From Vulcanimicrobiota bacterium (GTDB lineage: Bacteria; Vulcanimicrobiota; Vulcanimicrobiia; Vulcanimicrobiales; Vulcanimicrobiaceae): a DNA stretch of 64,000 bases. The notes beneath the pieces are model-generated. The model was not told the origin of the DNA. It was given only the letters and a program-made list of their open reading frames with translations, and made no database searches. Positions within the stretch are counted from its first letter, which is position 1. Each line of letters begins with the position of its first letter. The translations under genes were made by a program, and so were the position numbers. Where the stretch lies: positions 16,243-80,242 of the forward strand of contig JASHOG010000040.1 in assembly GCA_030041225.1 (NCBI GenBank). The letters are read 5' to 3'. Positions 1 through 8,828 of this stretch are shown here, in pieces.

Positions 1-166
1 TCATGCTCAAACGGTTATCACCGTACGGCAGCCGCATAACTGAGCGAATGGGTTGGATAGCCTGGTCTCGCGCCGTAAGGATCATTGCCGTTCGCGCCGT
101 TGCAATGCACTCTTGCATCGTCAAGAGCTCGTGAACCAGTCTCTCGCCAATGACCCTCACGCTCAT
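1..166 (-). CDS. ornithine cyclodeaminase/mu-crystallin family protein, N-terminal fragment (gene runs off the left edge)
   Basis: Not in the ORF track (<60 codons in window). Reverse translation from ATG at 166-164 gives MSVRVIGERLVHELLTMQECIATARTAMILTARDQAIQPIRSVMRLPYGDNRLSM..., open to position 1. This fits the usual OCD/mu-crystallin N-terminus (LL-x-M-x-E-x-I ... P-x-R ... MP). By-eye match only. Confidence 0.45.
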   Translation of the reverse strand, partial: MSVRVIGERLVHELLTMQECIATARTAMILTARDQAIQPIRSVMRLPYGDNRLSM

Positions 167-176
167 GGGCACAGCA

Positions 177-650
177 CTAAGGCCGCTGCCCGTAGGCCGC
201 GCTGACGATCTTCCACGTTCCGCCCAGAAGGCGGAGCGTTAGCACCCAGAGCCCCCTTTCGCTCGCCGGTTTGCCTCTTACTGTGTACGTCAGATTTAGC
301 GGGATGACGAGGTACGACTCATCACCGTGAGCATCGATGGTAAAGCTCGTGGGAACACCCCGCACGAGGTGCAAGTGCGCGACATGCCCCGCGGCTAGGG
401 CTCTGTCGACGTCGGCCCACCAGCGGCGCGCGGCGTGGGGAGCGCTCCACAAGAACGGCTCGAAATCGTCCACGACGATACTGGGCGAGGCGAAATGCGC
501 GTCGACTCCGGGGGCGCTGTCGGCATTACACCGCGCGATCATGGCGTCGACGACCGCCAGGACTGCGCTGCGCGGATCGGCGGCCGCCGCCGGTGCGAGC
601 ATCGTCGCTACGAGTGCGGCGCAAAGAGACGAGCGAACATCAACTCGCAT
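177..650 (-). CDS. secreted NTF2-like (SnoaL/DUF4440-like) protein
   Basis: 157-aa ORF with a signal-peptide-like N-terminus (SSLCAALVATMLAPAAAA). The C-terminal ...ERGLWVLTLRLLGGTWKIVSAAY is typical of the NTF2-like fold. Clear paralog of 46617-47087. Confidence 0.6.
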   Translation of the reverse strand: MRVDVRSSLCAALVATMLAPAAAADPRSAVLAVVDAMIARCNADSAPGVDAHFASPSIVVDDFEPFLWSAPHAARRWWADVDRALAAGHVAHLHLVRGVPTSFTIDAHGDESYLVIPLNLTYTVRGKPASERGLWVLTLRLLGGTWKIVSAAYGQRP

Positions 651-656
651 GTCGCG

Positions 657-1844
657 TCAGATCATCGAATGATATGCTTCCGCCAAGCGTTGTATACCAT
701 CTTCGATCTCCTCCGGTGTCGCGCGACTATACGCGATGCGAATGTAACGCGTCGGCGCTGTCTCCGGATCGGCATGCGCCGCTTCTCCGGCGTAGAAAGA
801 GACGCCGGCAATGACCGAGACACCGCCGCGGAACGCGCGCTCCGTCATGATCTCCGTATCGACGCCCGGCGGAAACTTCACCCACAGGTAGTAACCACCG
901 TGAGGGACGGCAAACGACGCCTCCGGCAGCTCGCGCCTGAGCGCCGCGACCGTGAGGTCACGATGCTGCGCGTATGCAGCACGCGCGCGCTCGATGTGCG
1001 CGCGTAACTCGCCCGCGGTGCAGAACTCGAAGACAATTCGCTGCGTGAGCGGGCAGGTTCCGCCGTCGCTCTTCAGGCGCGCGATGCGCTCGAGCAACGC
1101 GCGCGGCCCGGCGATCCAGCCGACGCGCAGGCCCGGCGCCAGGAGCTTCGAGAAGCTCCCGACCTCGAAGACGACGCCGTGCGCGTCGAGAGCCTTGAGC
1201 GACGGCTCGCTTTTGCCCTCATAACGCAGCATTCGATAGGGGCTGTCTTCGAAGATCGCGATGCCGAAACGTGTCGCCAGTGCGACGAGCGCCTCACGCC
1301 GGCGGCGCGAGAGTGTGATGCCAGTCGGGTTGTGAAAGTCGGGAACTTCGTAAATGAACTTCGGCAAAGGGAGCCCCTGATTGACCCGTTCCCTGAGCGC
1401 GCGGTCGAGCGCTTCGACGTCCATGCCTTCGTCGTCTTGCCCGATCTCGATGAACGTGAGACCAAAGCTCTTGAAGATCGGAATCGCCGTGAAATACATG
1501 GGCGCGGTCACGACGATGACGTCGCCTTCCTCCGTCAAGAGGCGGCACAAAAGATCCAGGCCGTTCTTCGCGCCGTTGACGACGATGATCTCATCGGCGG
1601 TCACGGTGCAGCCGTCTTCCTTCATGTACTCGGCGATCCACTCGCGTAACGGCGGAAGCCCGAACGGCCGGCCGTATTGTAGCGACTCGCTGCGATAGGT
1701 GGTGAGCGCGCGGTTTGCCGCTTCCGTCAGATCCGGAAAGATGCCGGGGAACGCATAGCCGGAATTGAGTGAGAGTGCCTCGCTCGAGTCAGGATACGCA
1801 GGACGCGGCACGCATAGGGCTCGTGCAGCCAAGAGTGTCTCCAA
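657..1844 (-). CDS. PLP-dependent aminotransferase, class I/II (aminoadipate/aromatic aminotransferase-like)
   Basis: 395-aa ORF with a TTG start. Contains the PLP-lysine motif GSFSKLLAPGLRVGW and the NP-x-G block (FHNPTGI) of fold-type I aminotransferases. Confidence 0.85.
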   Translation of the reverse strand: METLLAARALCVPRPAYPDSSEALSLNSGYAFPGIFPDLTEAANRALTTYRSESLQYGRPFGLPPLREWIAEYMKEDGCTVTADEIIVVNGAKNGLDLLCRLLTEEGDVIVVTAPMYFTAIPIFKSFGLTFIEIGQDDEGMDVEALDRALRERVNQGLPLPKFIYEVPDFHNPTGITLSRRRREALVALATRFGIAIFEDSPYRMLRYEGKSEPSLKALDAHGVVFEVGSFSKLLAPGLRVGWIAGPRALLERIARLKSDGGTCPLTQRIVFEFCTAGELRAHIERARAAYAQHRDLTVAALRRELPEASFAVPHGGYYLWVKFPPGVDTEIMTERAFRGGVSVIAGVSFYAGEAAHADPETAPTRYIRIAYSRATPEEIEDGIQRLAEAYHSMI

Positions 1845-1893
1845 CGTGCCATTGAGTTACTACAAACGTTGCGTGCTGTCCTCGCTTGCGACA

Positions 1894-1905
1894 GCAATAT
1901 ATTGC
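1894..1905. promoter_or_regulatory. perfect 12-bp palindrome GCAATATATTGC in the AT-richer leader of the aminotransferase gene (candidate operator / -10 region)
   Basis: Read directly and anchored to the frame of track ORF 1869. It lies 50 nt upstream of the start at 1844 and is flanked by the GCTGTC-N9-GACAGC inverted repeat at 1875-1895. Confidence 0.2.
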
Positions 1906-2034
1906 CAAATATCTTAGCAGGAACGAAGATTTCCACTAAGAAGAGCGCGTTGGTTCGAATATCCGTACCACCATTCGCGGTCGTATTGCTCATATCGTGC
2001 GCACCGAAAACGGGTGCAATCCGTCGACATCAAT

Positions 2035-2616
2035 CTAGTCCAGCCTTGCCGTGGCCTCCCGCACGACACTTTCGAGAAGAGGACGCTCGGGCCGAGAACG
2101 TGCCAGCACGCGTATCCCGATGATCACACTCAAGAGCAAACGCGCTAAATCCTGAGGATCCGCACCTCGCGACAACTCGCCCTTTGTCCGAGCCGCCTCC
2201 AGCGCGCTGCGCAGGTAGCCTTCCATCCGTGCGAGATAATGGCGGATCGTCGGCGTGACCTCGTTGTCGCGCGATGTGAGTTCCACCGCCGAGTTTATCA
2301 GGAGGCACCCTCGACGACGCCGGTCGGAAACAGCACGATCGACGAGATCCATCAAAAAAGCGCGTATGGCCTTGCGTGGAGATCGCGCCGTTGCGAGCGT
2401 CTCGAGTCGCGGACGCGTATTTCGGTCGAAATAGCGGGCGAGAGCGGCGCGAAAGAGTCCCGACTTGTCCTCAAACGCGTTGTAGAGACTCGGCAGCGCG
2501 AGCTGCGTGGCATCGGACAGATCGCGGACCGATGCCGATGCGTAGCCAAGATTCCAAAAGCAGTCCACAGCTGCATCGAGCACAGCTGCCGTATCAAACT
2601 CGCGCGGTCTCGCCAT
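2035..2616 (-). CDS. TetR family transcriptional regulator
   Basis: Track ORF 2035-2730. The homologous part starts at internal M39 (MARPREFDTAAVLDAAVDCFWNLGYASASVRDLSDATQLALPSLYNAFEDKSGLF), the TetR N-terminal HTH. ATG confirmed at 2616-2614. Confidence 0.85.
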   Translation of the reverse strand: MARPREFDTAAVLDAAVDCFWNLGYASASVRDLSDATQLALPSLYNAFEDKSGLFRAALARYFDRNTRPRLETLATARSPRKAIRAFLMDLVDRAVSDRRRRGCLLINSAVELTSRDNEVTPTIRHYLARMEGYLRSALEAARTKGELSRGADPQDLARLLLSVIIGIRVLARSRPERPLLESVVREATARLD

Positions 2617-2648
2617 CGTTGCCTTTTGTGATTCTGAAGGAAACCCCT

Positions 2649-2677
2649 CTTGCATTCTAGAGCAAGTGATATAAAAT
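2649..2677 (+). promoter_or_regulatory. candidate promoter with overlapping operator for the A1-B1 genes
   Basis: TTGCAT (2650-2655) and an extended -10 TGaTATAAA (2667-2675; alternatively TAAAAT 2672-2677 with a 16-nt spacer). Overlaps the inverted repeat CTTGC-N8-GCAAG (2649-2666), placed between the divergent TetR gene and ATG 2714. SD AGGAGG at 2704-2709. Confidence 0.3.
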
Positions 2678-2713
2678 AGCAACACTGAAGGACATACTAC
2701 CGTAGGAGGCAGA

Positions 2714-3466
2714 ATGCACACGAAGTCCATCAGGAGGGAATTGCGCTTCCTCCGTTATTACGCGCTCGCGACGACCCTGCTCTCCGGCATCGCGCTGCTT
2801 GGCGCAGCGGGAGCGATCCACGAAGCGGGTAACGCGACGTTTGACACGATCACCGCTCACCGGCTCGTTATCCGCGACAATGAGGACAAGCTCGCGATGG
2901 TGCTCGCGAACCACGATAATCCGATGCCGGGCATTTGGGCCGGCATGAGGACCTATAGGCACGGCGGCGGTGGTAACGAGATCATTTTCTACGACGAGAT
3001 GGGGGATGAGCAGGGCGGTTTCGTCTGGAGCGGCTTGGTCCACGCCAACGGAACGTACGATTCGGGCCTCGTGAACTCATATGACAGCGTCACGACCGAT
3101 CAGTTGCTGCAAGTCCACGACGGCAACAACAACGGCAGGACGTTCTCGTATGTGACCGGCTGGAACGAGCCGAACATACGGACCCCGCTTGCGCTGCAGG
3201 TCCTTCATGACTATGAAAGTGCGATCTACCGGCACGCGAGTCAACAACAGCTGCAGGCAATCGTCGAGCGATATCCGGCGTTCGCGCAAGGTCCGGTCAC
3301 GCGATATCTCGTTGGCTACGACAAGACGAATACGTCGCAGGTCATGCTGGCCGACGCGCAGGGTCATCCCCGCATCAAGATGTTCGTGCGACCTGATGGT
3401 ACCGCGGCCTTGCAGTTCCTGGACGCATCCGGAACGGTCATGGCGCAGTATCCTAGGACGCACTAA
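2714..3466 (+). CDS. membrane-anchored protein of unknown function, 'A' family copy 1
   Basis: 250-aa ORF with a strong SD. Basic N-terminus plus one TM helix (YYALATTLLSGIALLGAAGAI). Shares FDTIT-HR, GDEQGG and TSQVMLAD--GHPRIKMFV--DG---LQFLDA-G blocks with 10860-11585 and 13256-14008. No family recognised. Confidence 0.8.
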   Translation: MHTKSIRRELRFLRYYALATTLLSGIALLGAAGAIHEAGNATFDTITAHRLVIRDNEDKLAMVLANHDNPMPGIWAGMRTYRHGGGGNEIIFYDEMGDEQGGFVWSGLVHANGTYDSGLVNSYDSVTTDQLLQVHDGNNNGRTFSYVTGWNEPNIRTPLALQVLHDYESAIYRHASQQQLQAIVERYPAFAQGPVTRYLVGYDKTNTSQVMLADAQGHPRIKMFVRPDGTAALQFLDASGTVMAQYPRTH

Positions 3467-5194
3467 ATGATGCCGCCGGTCCGTATTCTGGTCGCGGGGA
3501 CCGTCGCCGCAGTTGCGTTCTTCGGAACGCATGCCGCCGCAACGCCCGTTCGTCACGCTCTCGCCTTTCGGATTTCATTTCCGGCACGGGCGCACCAGGC
3601 GCCGATCACCGGCCGCGTCTATGTCATCCTGACAAAGGAAGCACAACCGGATCCGCGCGTACAGGTTCTGTCTCCCGAGTCATCGCCCCCGATCTTCGCG
3701 AGAGACGTCACCGCGTTGCGGCCAGGCGAAGAAGCGGTTGTCGCCGCGAGCGCAGCCGGCTATCCGCTTCGCAGTATCGCCGACCTGCCCACCGGCGACT
3801 ATTATGTCGAAGCGCTGGCAAGCATATACACGCCGTACCTCCGCGCCGACGGCCATACGATTTGGGCGCCTCCACAATGGGGGCCTCAAGCCTTTTCGTT
3901 TGAGCCGGGCAATCTTCACAGCGTCGTTGAACGCGTGCACATTGATCACAACACGGGCGGCACGATCGACCTCGAGTTGAATCACGTCGTCGGCCCGAAC
4001 GAGCTCGGCAATCTCATGGGACAGCAAGGTTATTCCACGGACACTCCGTGGGTCAAGCACGTTCGTCTCGAGAGCGCAATCCTGACGAGGTTCTGGGGCC
4101 GTCCAATCTACCTTGGCGCGACGATTCTCCTACCCAAGGGGTACGCGGCGCATCCTCGCGCGCACTATCCCATTTTCTACCGCCAAGGGCACTTCGAACA
4201 GCCTGTCGCCGGCTACTTTACGACCGACAAGAGCACGGAGACGCCCGAGGCGATCGCGGAAGGAAAGAAGTCGGGAATGGGCACCGGCTACGAGTTCTAC
4301 GAGGCATGGACATCCGCGCACTTTCCGCGCGTGCTAGCGGTAACATTCCAGCATCCTTGCCCTTTCTTCGACGACTCCTACGCGGTCAACTCGGCAAACT
4401 GCGGCCCTTACGGGGACGCAATCATGCACGAATTGATTCCGTATATCGAGACACATTTTCGCGTATTGCGCGAACCGAGGGCGCGGGTTCTTGCCGGCGG
4501 GTCGACCGGCGGCTGGGAGTCGCTCGCGCTGCAAATCAAACATCCAACGTTCTTCGGCGGCGCATGGATCTTCCAACCGGACGAGATCGATTTCCACGCG
4601 TTCCAGCAGATCGATATCTATAGTGATGCGAACGCCTTCTACGCCCCCTCTCCGGCTTGGCATGCTTACGTGCGGCCGTGGGATCGCACCGTGACCGGAC
4701 AGGTACTTTGCACCGAGGAACAGCTGAGCCGATATGAGGAGGTGCTCGGCTCACACGGTCGGTCGGGATACCAGCTCGACGGCTGGTGGGCAATCTTCGA
4801 CCCCGTTGGCTCCGACGGATATCCCGAGCCGCTATGGAACATGCGAACCGGTATCATAAACCGCAGCGTAGCGGCATACGTGCGCGATCATGGCTACGAC
4901 CTTACCGCCTACTTGAAAGCACGCTGGCGTGAGATAGGCTCCGATCTCACTGGCAAACTGCATTTTTTCGTGGGCGACATGGACAACTATTATCTCAATC
5001 TCGCTGTCTACAGGATGCAGGTCTTTTTAAGCGGTGCGACTCGCCCGCGATCGGATGCGACATTCTCGTACGGGCGTCCACTCAAGGGACATGGATGGAT
5101 TCCAATGACTTGGTACGATCTGGTCAAGCAGATGGCGGTGCAAATCCGTAGGAACGCGCCCCGTGGCGAGAGCGACGCACAGTGGAACTATTGA
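3467..5194 (+). CDS. secreted esterase-fold (esterase D / enterochelin-esterase-like alpha/beta hydrolase) protein, 'B' family copy 1
   Basis: 575-aa ORF whose ATG directly follows the A1 TAA. Has a signal peptide (ILVAGTVAAVAFFGTHAAA). Contains the nucleophile elbow LAGGSTGGWESLAL within a WQHPCPFFDDSYAVNSANCGPYGDAIM...FFGGAW block. Paralog of 11586-13244. Confidence 0.8.
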   Translation: MMPPVRILVAGTVAAVAFFGTHAAATPVRHALAFRISFPARAHQAPITGRVYVILTKEAQPDPRVQVLSPESSPPIFARDVTALRPGEEAVVAASAAGYPLRSIADLPTGDYYVEALASIYTPYLRADGHTIWAPPQWGPQAFSFEPGNLHSVVERVHIDHNTGGTIDLELNHVVGPNELGNLMGQQGYSTDTPWVKHVRLESAILTRFWGRPIYLGATILLPKGYAAHPRAHYPIFYRQGHFEQPVAGYFTTDKSTETPEAIAEGKKSGMGTGYEFYEAWTSAHFPRVLAVTFQHPCPFFDDSYAVNSANCGPYGDAIMHELIPYIETHFRVLREPRARVLAGGSTGGWESLALQIKHPTFFGGAWIFQPDEIDFHAFQQIDIYSDANAFYAPSPAWHAYVRPWDRTVTGQVLCTEEQLSRYEEVLGSHGRSGYQLDGWWAIFDPVGSDGYPEPLWNMRTGIINRSVAAYVRDHGYDLTAYLKARWREIGSDLTGKLHFFVGDMDNYYLNLAVYRMQVFLSGATRPRSDATFSYGRPLKGHGWIPMTWYDLVKQMAVQIRRNAPRGESDAQWNY

Positions 5195-5215
5195 GCAAGA
5201 GCGGATTCCTTCGCT

Positions 5216-5695
5216 TCAACGTGCGCTTCGAGCTATTGGGAGGAGCGACGTTTCGCGATCCTTCAGCGTCTCGAGGAGCACGCCCGATTGGATCCCGCGC
5301 ACGCCCGGGATGTTGTAGAGCACGCCGAACAGCAACCTCGAGTACTCGTCGAGATCGTGCGTCACGATCTCGAGCACGACCCCCGACTCCCCGGTAAGCA
5401 CATGGCACGCGATGACCTGCGGCAGCGCTTGGAGATCCTCGCGCAACGATTTCGCGTGCGGCCACTCCACTTGAAGGCGCGCGTATGCGGTGACACCGAG
5501 CCCGAGCGCGCGGCGGTCGAGGATTGCGCGATATCCCTGGATGTAGCCGCTCTTTTCGAGACGGCGAACGCGCCGCAGGCACGGCGACGGCGAGAGGCCG
5601 ACCTTCTTGGCGAGAGCAGCGTTCGATAGGCTGCTATTGCGCTGCAATGCCGAAAGTATCCGCAAATCGATCGAGTCAAGCTTGGTTATTGGCAT
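5216..5695 (-). CDS. Lrp/AsnC family transcriptional regulator
   Basis: Track ORF 5216-5719; likely start at M9 (MPITKLDSIDLRILSALQRNSSLSNAALAKKVGLSPSPCLRRVRRLEKSGYIQGY), which gives the AsnC HTH plus a RAM domain. Confidence 0.85.
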   Translation of the reverse strand: MPITKLDSIDLRILSALQRNSSLSNAALAKKVGLSPSPCLRRVRRLEKSGYIQGYRAILDRRALGLGVTAYARLQVEWPHAKSLREDLQALPQVIACHVLTGESGVVLEIVTHDLDEYSRLLFGVLYNIPGVRGIQSGVLLETLKDRETSLLPIARSAR

Positions 5696-5770
5696 AAATC
5701 CCCCAAAGTGTGCTCGCATTAGCTACGTTATTGCTCGCGCATCGAGGGATTTCCTAGCAAGCCCGCGGAA

Positions 5771-5790
5771 CCCTCCTTGCGAACGGAGGG
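5771..5790 (+). promoter_or_regulatory. hairpin CCCTCC-N8-GGAGGG that pairs the Shine-Dalgarno of the outer-membrane receptor gene
   Basis: Read directly and anchored to the frame of ORF 5607. The 3' arm GGAGGG (5785-5790) sits 8 nt before the TTG at 5799. Confidence 0.3.
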
Positions 5791-5798
5791 AAGTAGGA

Positions 5799-8700
5799 TT
5801 GTTACAGCTCTCAGGACTTTGCACAGCGCGCATCGCGGTCATATCGGCCGCCCTCATCTTCGCGTTTCTCTCAGCGCCCGCGTCGGCGCAATCATCATCC
5901 AGCACCATCGTCGGAACGGTGAGAACGTCGAGCGGCGCTCCCGTCGCGGCTGCGAGCGTTGCACTGCGAGGTGTCGCGAATCAGACGACGACGACGGATG
6001 CGCAGGGAAGGTACCGCTTCAGCTCGATCCCGCCGGGCCTCTATCAGATCGTCGTCACGAAGCCGGGCTTCTTCCAGACGATCGCGGCCGTCGCTGTTGC
6101 CTCTGCCACCACCGTCACCGCCGACATCAGCATCGCGCCGCAATCCTTCGAGTCACTCCGGACGATCGCGCACGTCCAGACGAACGCCCCGGGGCAAGTA
6201 CAAATCAATCAAACAACCTCGGCAATCAACACCATTACGAGTCAGGAGTTTGAGGATCAAGGGCAAGTACAGGTTGGAAAACTCCTCAACGAAACTCCTG
6301 GAATCATTTCATGGAACGTCCCGGGCGAGGCGGCGGCCAACGGTGCCGACGCGTTCAGCCCACAAGAGATCCAGATTCGTGGGGCGCTTTACTATGAGAC
6401 GCAGACGCTCGTCGACGGCCATCCGACGCCGCTTTCTATACTCGGAGAGTTTAATCCGATCTACTTGAACCCGGCGCTGCTTCAGAACGTCGAGGTCGTG
6501 AAGGGGCCGGGGTCAATGCCCACCGACATCAACTACGCGATCGGCGGCACGGTGAACTTCATCACCTTGCAGCCCACGCTCACGCCGGAGGCAACCCTCA
6601 GCGTAGGAACCGACACGTGGGGCGGCGTCACAACGGCAATCCGTGCCACAGGCTCGACGACGTCACATTTCTTGCAATATGCGTTCGGGTACGCGACCGA
6701 CGGCGCACCCGGACCGATGCAGAACTATCAAGAGCCCGGCTCCGCACTCTTCCTCATCGCGGGCGATAACTGGAAGGTGAACGGTCAATCGCTTGCGGGC
6801 GATCCTTACGGTATTACGTTGGCGCCTGAGAGCTACTACAACCGCTACATCGGACAAGCCGGTGAGGTACAGTTCGCCGAGCCGTTCTACATCTGCTGCT
6901 GGGGATTCAACACGGCCTACGACTCGAAGGACGAGCTCGGAAAGATACGCCTCAACTTCTCACAAGTCAGTTCGCTCACGTTCAGTTTCCTTGGAGCTTC
7001 GGAGTTCGGCCCGATCGACAATGTCGGCGTTGCAGCCTCTGAGGCACCGGTCGGTGATCTCCCAAACAGCAGCGGCTCGATATTTGCACCGCCTGCGGGA
7101 TATACGGGCTCCCTACCGGCGGGGACGGCAATTCCTTTTGATAACGGAGCGTTCTTACCGGCAGACGAGTCGACGCAGCAATATCTCTATCAAGCAGAGT
7201 TTCGAACGGTGCTGGGGCCGTGGACGGCACTGCTACGATACTACGACGGCGGCACCAACGACTATGCCTACCTCGATGTCGCAGCGAACGGGTTCTACCA
7301 GTTTGCCGGAAAGACGTATGGCGGCGCCGAGCTTTGTCCGAGCGGCACCACTTTCAACGGGTCGGTATGCAACCCCGGCGGCCTTTCGCCGACGACGACG
7401 TACTTCAACGGTCAGCAGGTGAGCTTCTCCGCTTCCGACGCGACAAACCAAACCCTGACCGACAGTGAGTCGCGAGGAGAATCGATACTCTTGGAGCGGC
7501 CTTTTGGGAACGGCTCGGACCTTTCGCTCGCCGTCGATCGCCAGGGGCTGACGGGCTTCCAGTTCATCAACGTCCCGACGTCGGGCGTGCCTCCGTACTA
7601 CGCACTTTCGCCGGGAGCAAGCCAGCTCTTCACGACCGAGTCCGCCAAGTTCGGTCTCTTCGTCGCACCGAACGTTTACGCAGACGTCTCCGACTACATC
7701 ATCCAGTACGAGAGCCATTTCACCGACGATGGTGGCTCAACGTGGAAGACCGCGACCCGCGGTGACGATGCGCCGCGCATCGGCTTCACGTGGCAGCCGA
7801 ACGACGACGTCTCCTGGCGCTTCGCACTCGGTTCCTCAATTGCGCCTCCGTTTTTGAGCCTCTTATCCTCGCCCGGGTCGACGCCGGCGGAGATCAGTAA
7901 CGGCAACCCGACTGAAGGCTATTCGGAGAACCTCAATAACGGCGGAATTGCGCCGGAGACGGCCTTCGGATACGACATCGGCGTCGACAAGCGCCTCCAC
8001 GGCTCGATGTACGTCTCCTTCGATTCGTACCTCACCGACGTCTTCGACATGTACCTCCCGTCGACGTTCTTGATCAACAACGATTACGTTACATCGGGTT
8101 GCCCGGCAGGCTGTCTGCTGTTCGGGTCGGAGACCGAGAATCTCGGTCACGCTCGATACGAAGGCGTCGAGTATGCCCTCGGCAGTGCACCGGCCTCGGG
8201 CATAGGGTTCAAGATTCAAGGAGATCTCGAGCGTGCGTACGCCTACGATCTACCGCCGGGCTTCTATTGCACGAACGTGCCCGCGAGCCAGTGCACGCCC
8301 CTCAACTACAGCACGAATCTTGGGATCATTCCCGGCGTCAACTTCGAGCAGAGTGGATCCGGTTTCAACGCGATCAACGGAGCCTCCGTGCCGTACGCCA
8401 TGGGCTACGCCGAGCTGAACTATCGCACGCCCTCGGGAAGCTTCTACCAAATCGGCACGACGTATTTCGGCAACAACAACGCCTACAATGAGCCCGCGTT
8501 CTTTGTCCTTTCGGCAGGCATCCACGAGCAACTCGGCAGTCATCTCGCGCTGGTGCTGACGGCAGACAACCTCACCGATGCCGACGGCTCGCTTTGGCCG
8601 AGCATCTATGGGGGCGTTCCCGCGCCGCTCGAGCCCGAGTGCGTCGGCAAGTACGGTTCGTTGGCATACTTGACGGAAGGTGTCTCGTGCGCGGCCCTTG

Positions 8701-8825
8701 TGAATTCCGGGACGGTTCCCCGCAGCGACGTTTCGGTGGTTCCGCAAGAGGGGCTCACGACCGGCATGAACTATGGTCCCACGTCTTTTCGCCTTCAGCT
8801 CATCGACAAGATCGGCGGACCATAG
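5799..8825 (+). CDS. TonB-dependent-receptor-like outer-membrane protein with N-terminal carboxypeptidase-regulatory-like domain
   Basis: Track ORF 5607-8825 overlaps lrp, so I place the start at TTG 5799 (SD GGAGGG). This gives the signal peptide LLQLSGLCTARIAVISAALIFAFLSAPASA/Q, then a CarboxypepD_reg-like segment (TIVGTVRTSSGAPVAAASVALRG...TDAQGRYRFSSIPPGLYQIVVTKPGF), a plug-like region (ITSQEFEDQG...IQIRGA...TLVDGHP) and about 800 aa of barrel-like sequence. Confidence 0.8.
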   Translation: MLQLSGLCTARIAVISAALIFAFLSAPASAQSSSSTIVGTVRTSSGAPVAAASVALRGVANQTTTTDAQGRYRFSSIPPGLYQIVVTKPGFFQTIAAVAVASATTVTADISIAPQSFESLRTIAHVQTNAPGQVQINQTTSAINTITSQEFEDQGQVQVGKLLNETPGIISWNVPGEAAANGADAFSPQEIQIRGALYYETQTLVDGHPTPLSILGEFNPIYLNPALLQNVEVVKGPGSMPTDINYAIGGTVNFITLQPTLTPEATLSVGTDTWGGVTTAIRATGSTTSHFLQYAFGYATDGAPGPMQNYQEPGSALFLIAGDNWKVNGQSLAGDPYGITLAPESYYNRYIGQAGEVQFAEPFYICCWGFNTAYDSKDELGKIRLNFSQVSSLTFSFLGASEFGPIDNVGVAASEAPVGDLPNSSGSIFAPPAGYTGSLPAGTAIPFDNGAFLPADESTQQYLYQAEFRTVLGPWTALLRYYDGGTNDYAYLDVAANGFYQFAGKTYGGAELCPSGTTFNGSVCNPGGLSPTTTYFNGQQVSFSASDATNQTLTDSESRGESILLERPFGNGSDLSLAVDRQGLTGFQFINVPTSGVPPYYALSPGASQLFTTESAKFGLFVAPNVYADVSDYIIQYESHFTDDGGSTWKTATRGDDAPRIGFTWQPNDDVSWRFALGSSIAPPFLSLLSSPGSTPAEISNGNPTEGYSENLNNGGIAPETAFGYDIGVDKRLHGSMYVSFDSYLTDVFDMYLPSTFLINNDYVTSGCPAGCLLFGSETENLGHARYEGVEYALGSAPASGIGFKIQGDLERAYAYDLPPGFYCTNVPASQCTPLNYSTNLGIIPGVNFEQSGSGFNAINGASVPYAMGYAELNYRTPSGSFYQIGTTYFGNNNAYNEPAFFVLSAGIHEQLGSHLALVLTADNLTDADGSLWPSIYGGVPAPLEPECVGKYGSLAYLTEGVSCAALVNSGTVPRSDVSVVPQEGLTTGMNYGPTSFRLQLIDKIGGP

Positions 8826-8828
8826 CGG

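Noticed and set aside
1945-1985. tRNA-like fragment GGTTCGAATATCCGTACCACCA in the 1845-2034 spacer
   Set aside because: The T-loop-like GGTTCGAAT is not flanked by complementary T-stem arms, and no acceptor, D or anticodon stems can be drawn. It is probably chance or a very decayed remnant.
5607-5798. N-terminal extensions of track ORFs past plausible starts (5607-5798 for the TBDR-like gene; similarly 2617-2730, 26972-27202, 28460-28837, 37829-38008, 39811-40122, 43674-43889, 47088-47573)
   Set aside because: The extensions overlap neighbouring genes or divergent promoters and are Arg/Pro-rich. Internal starts with SD sequences give proper signal peptides or conserved N-termini.
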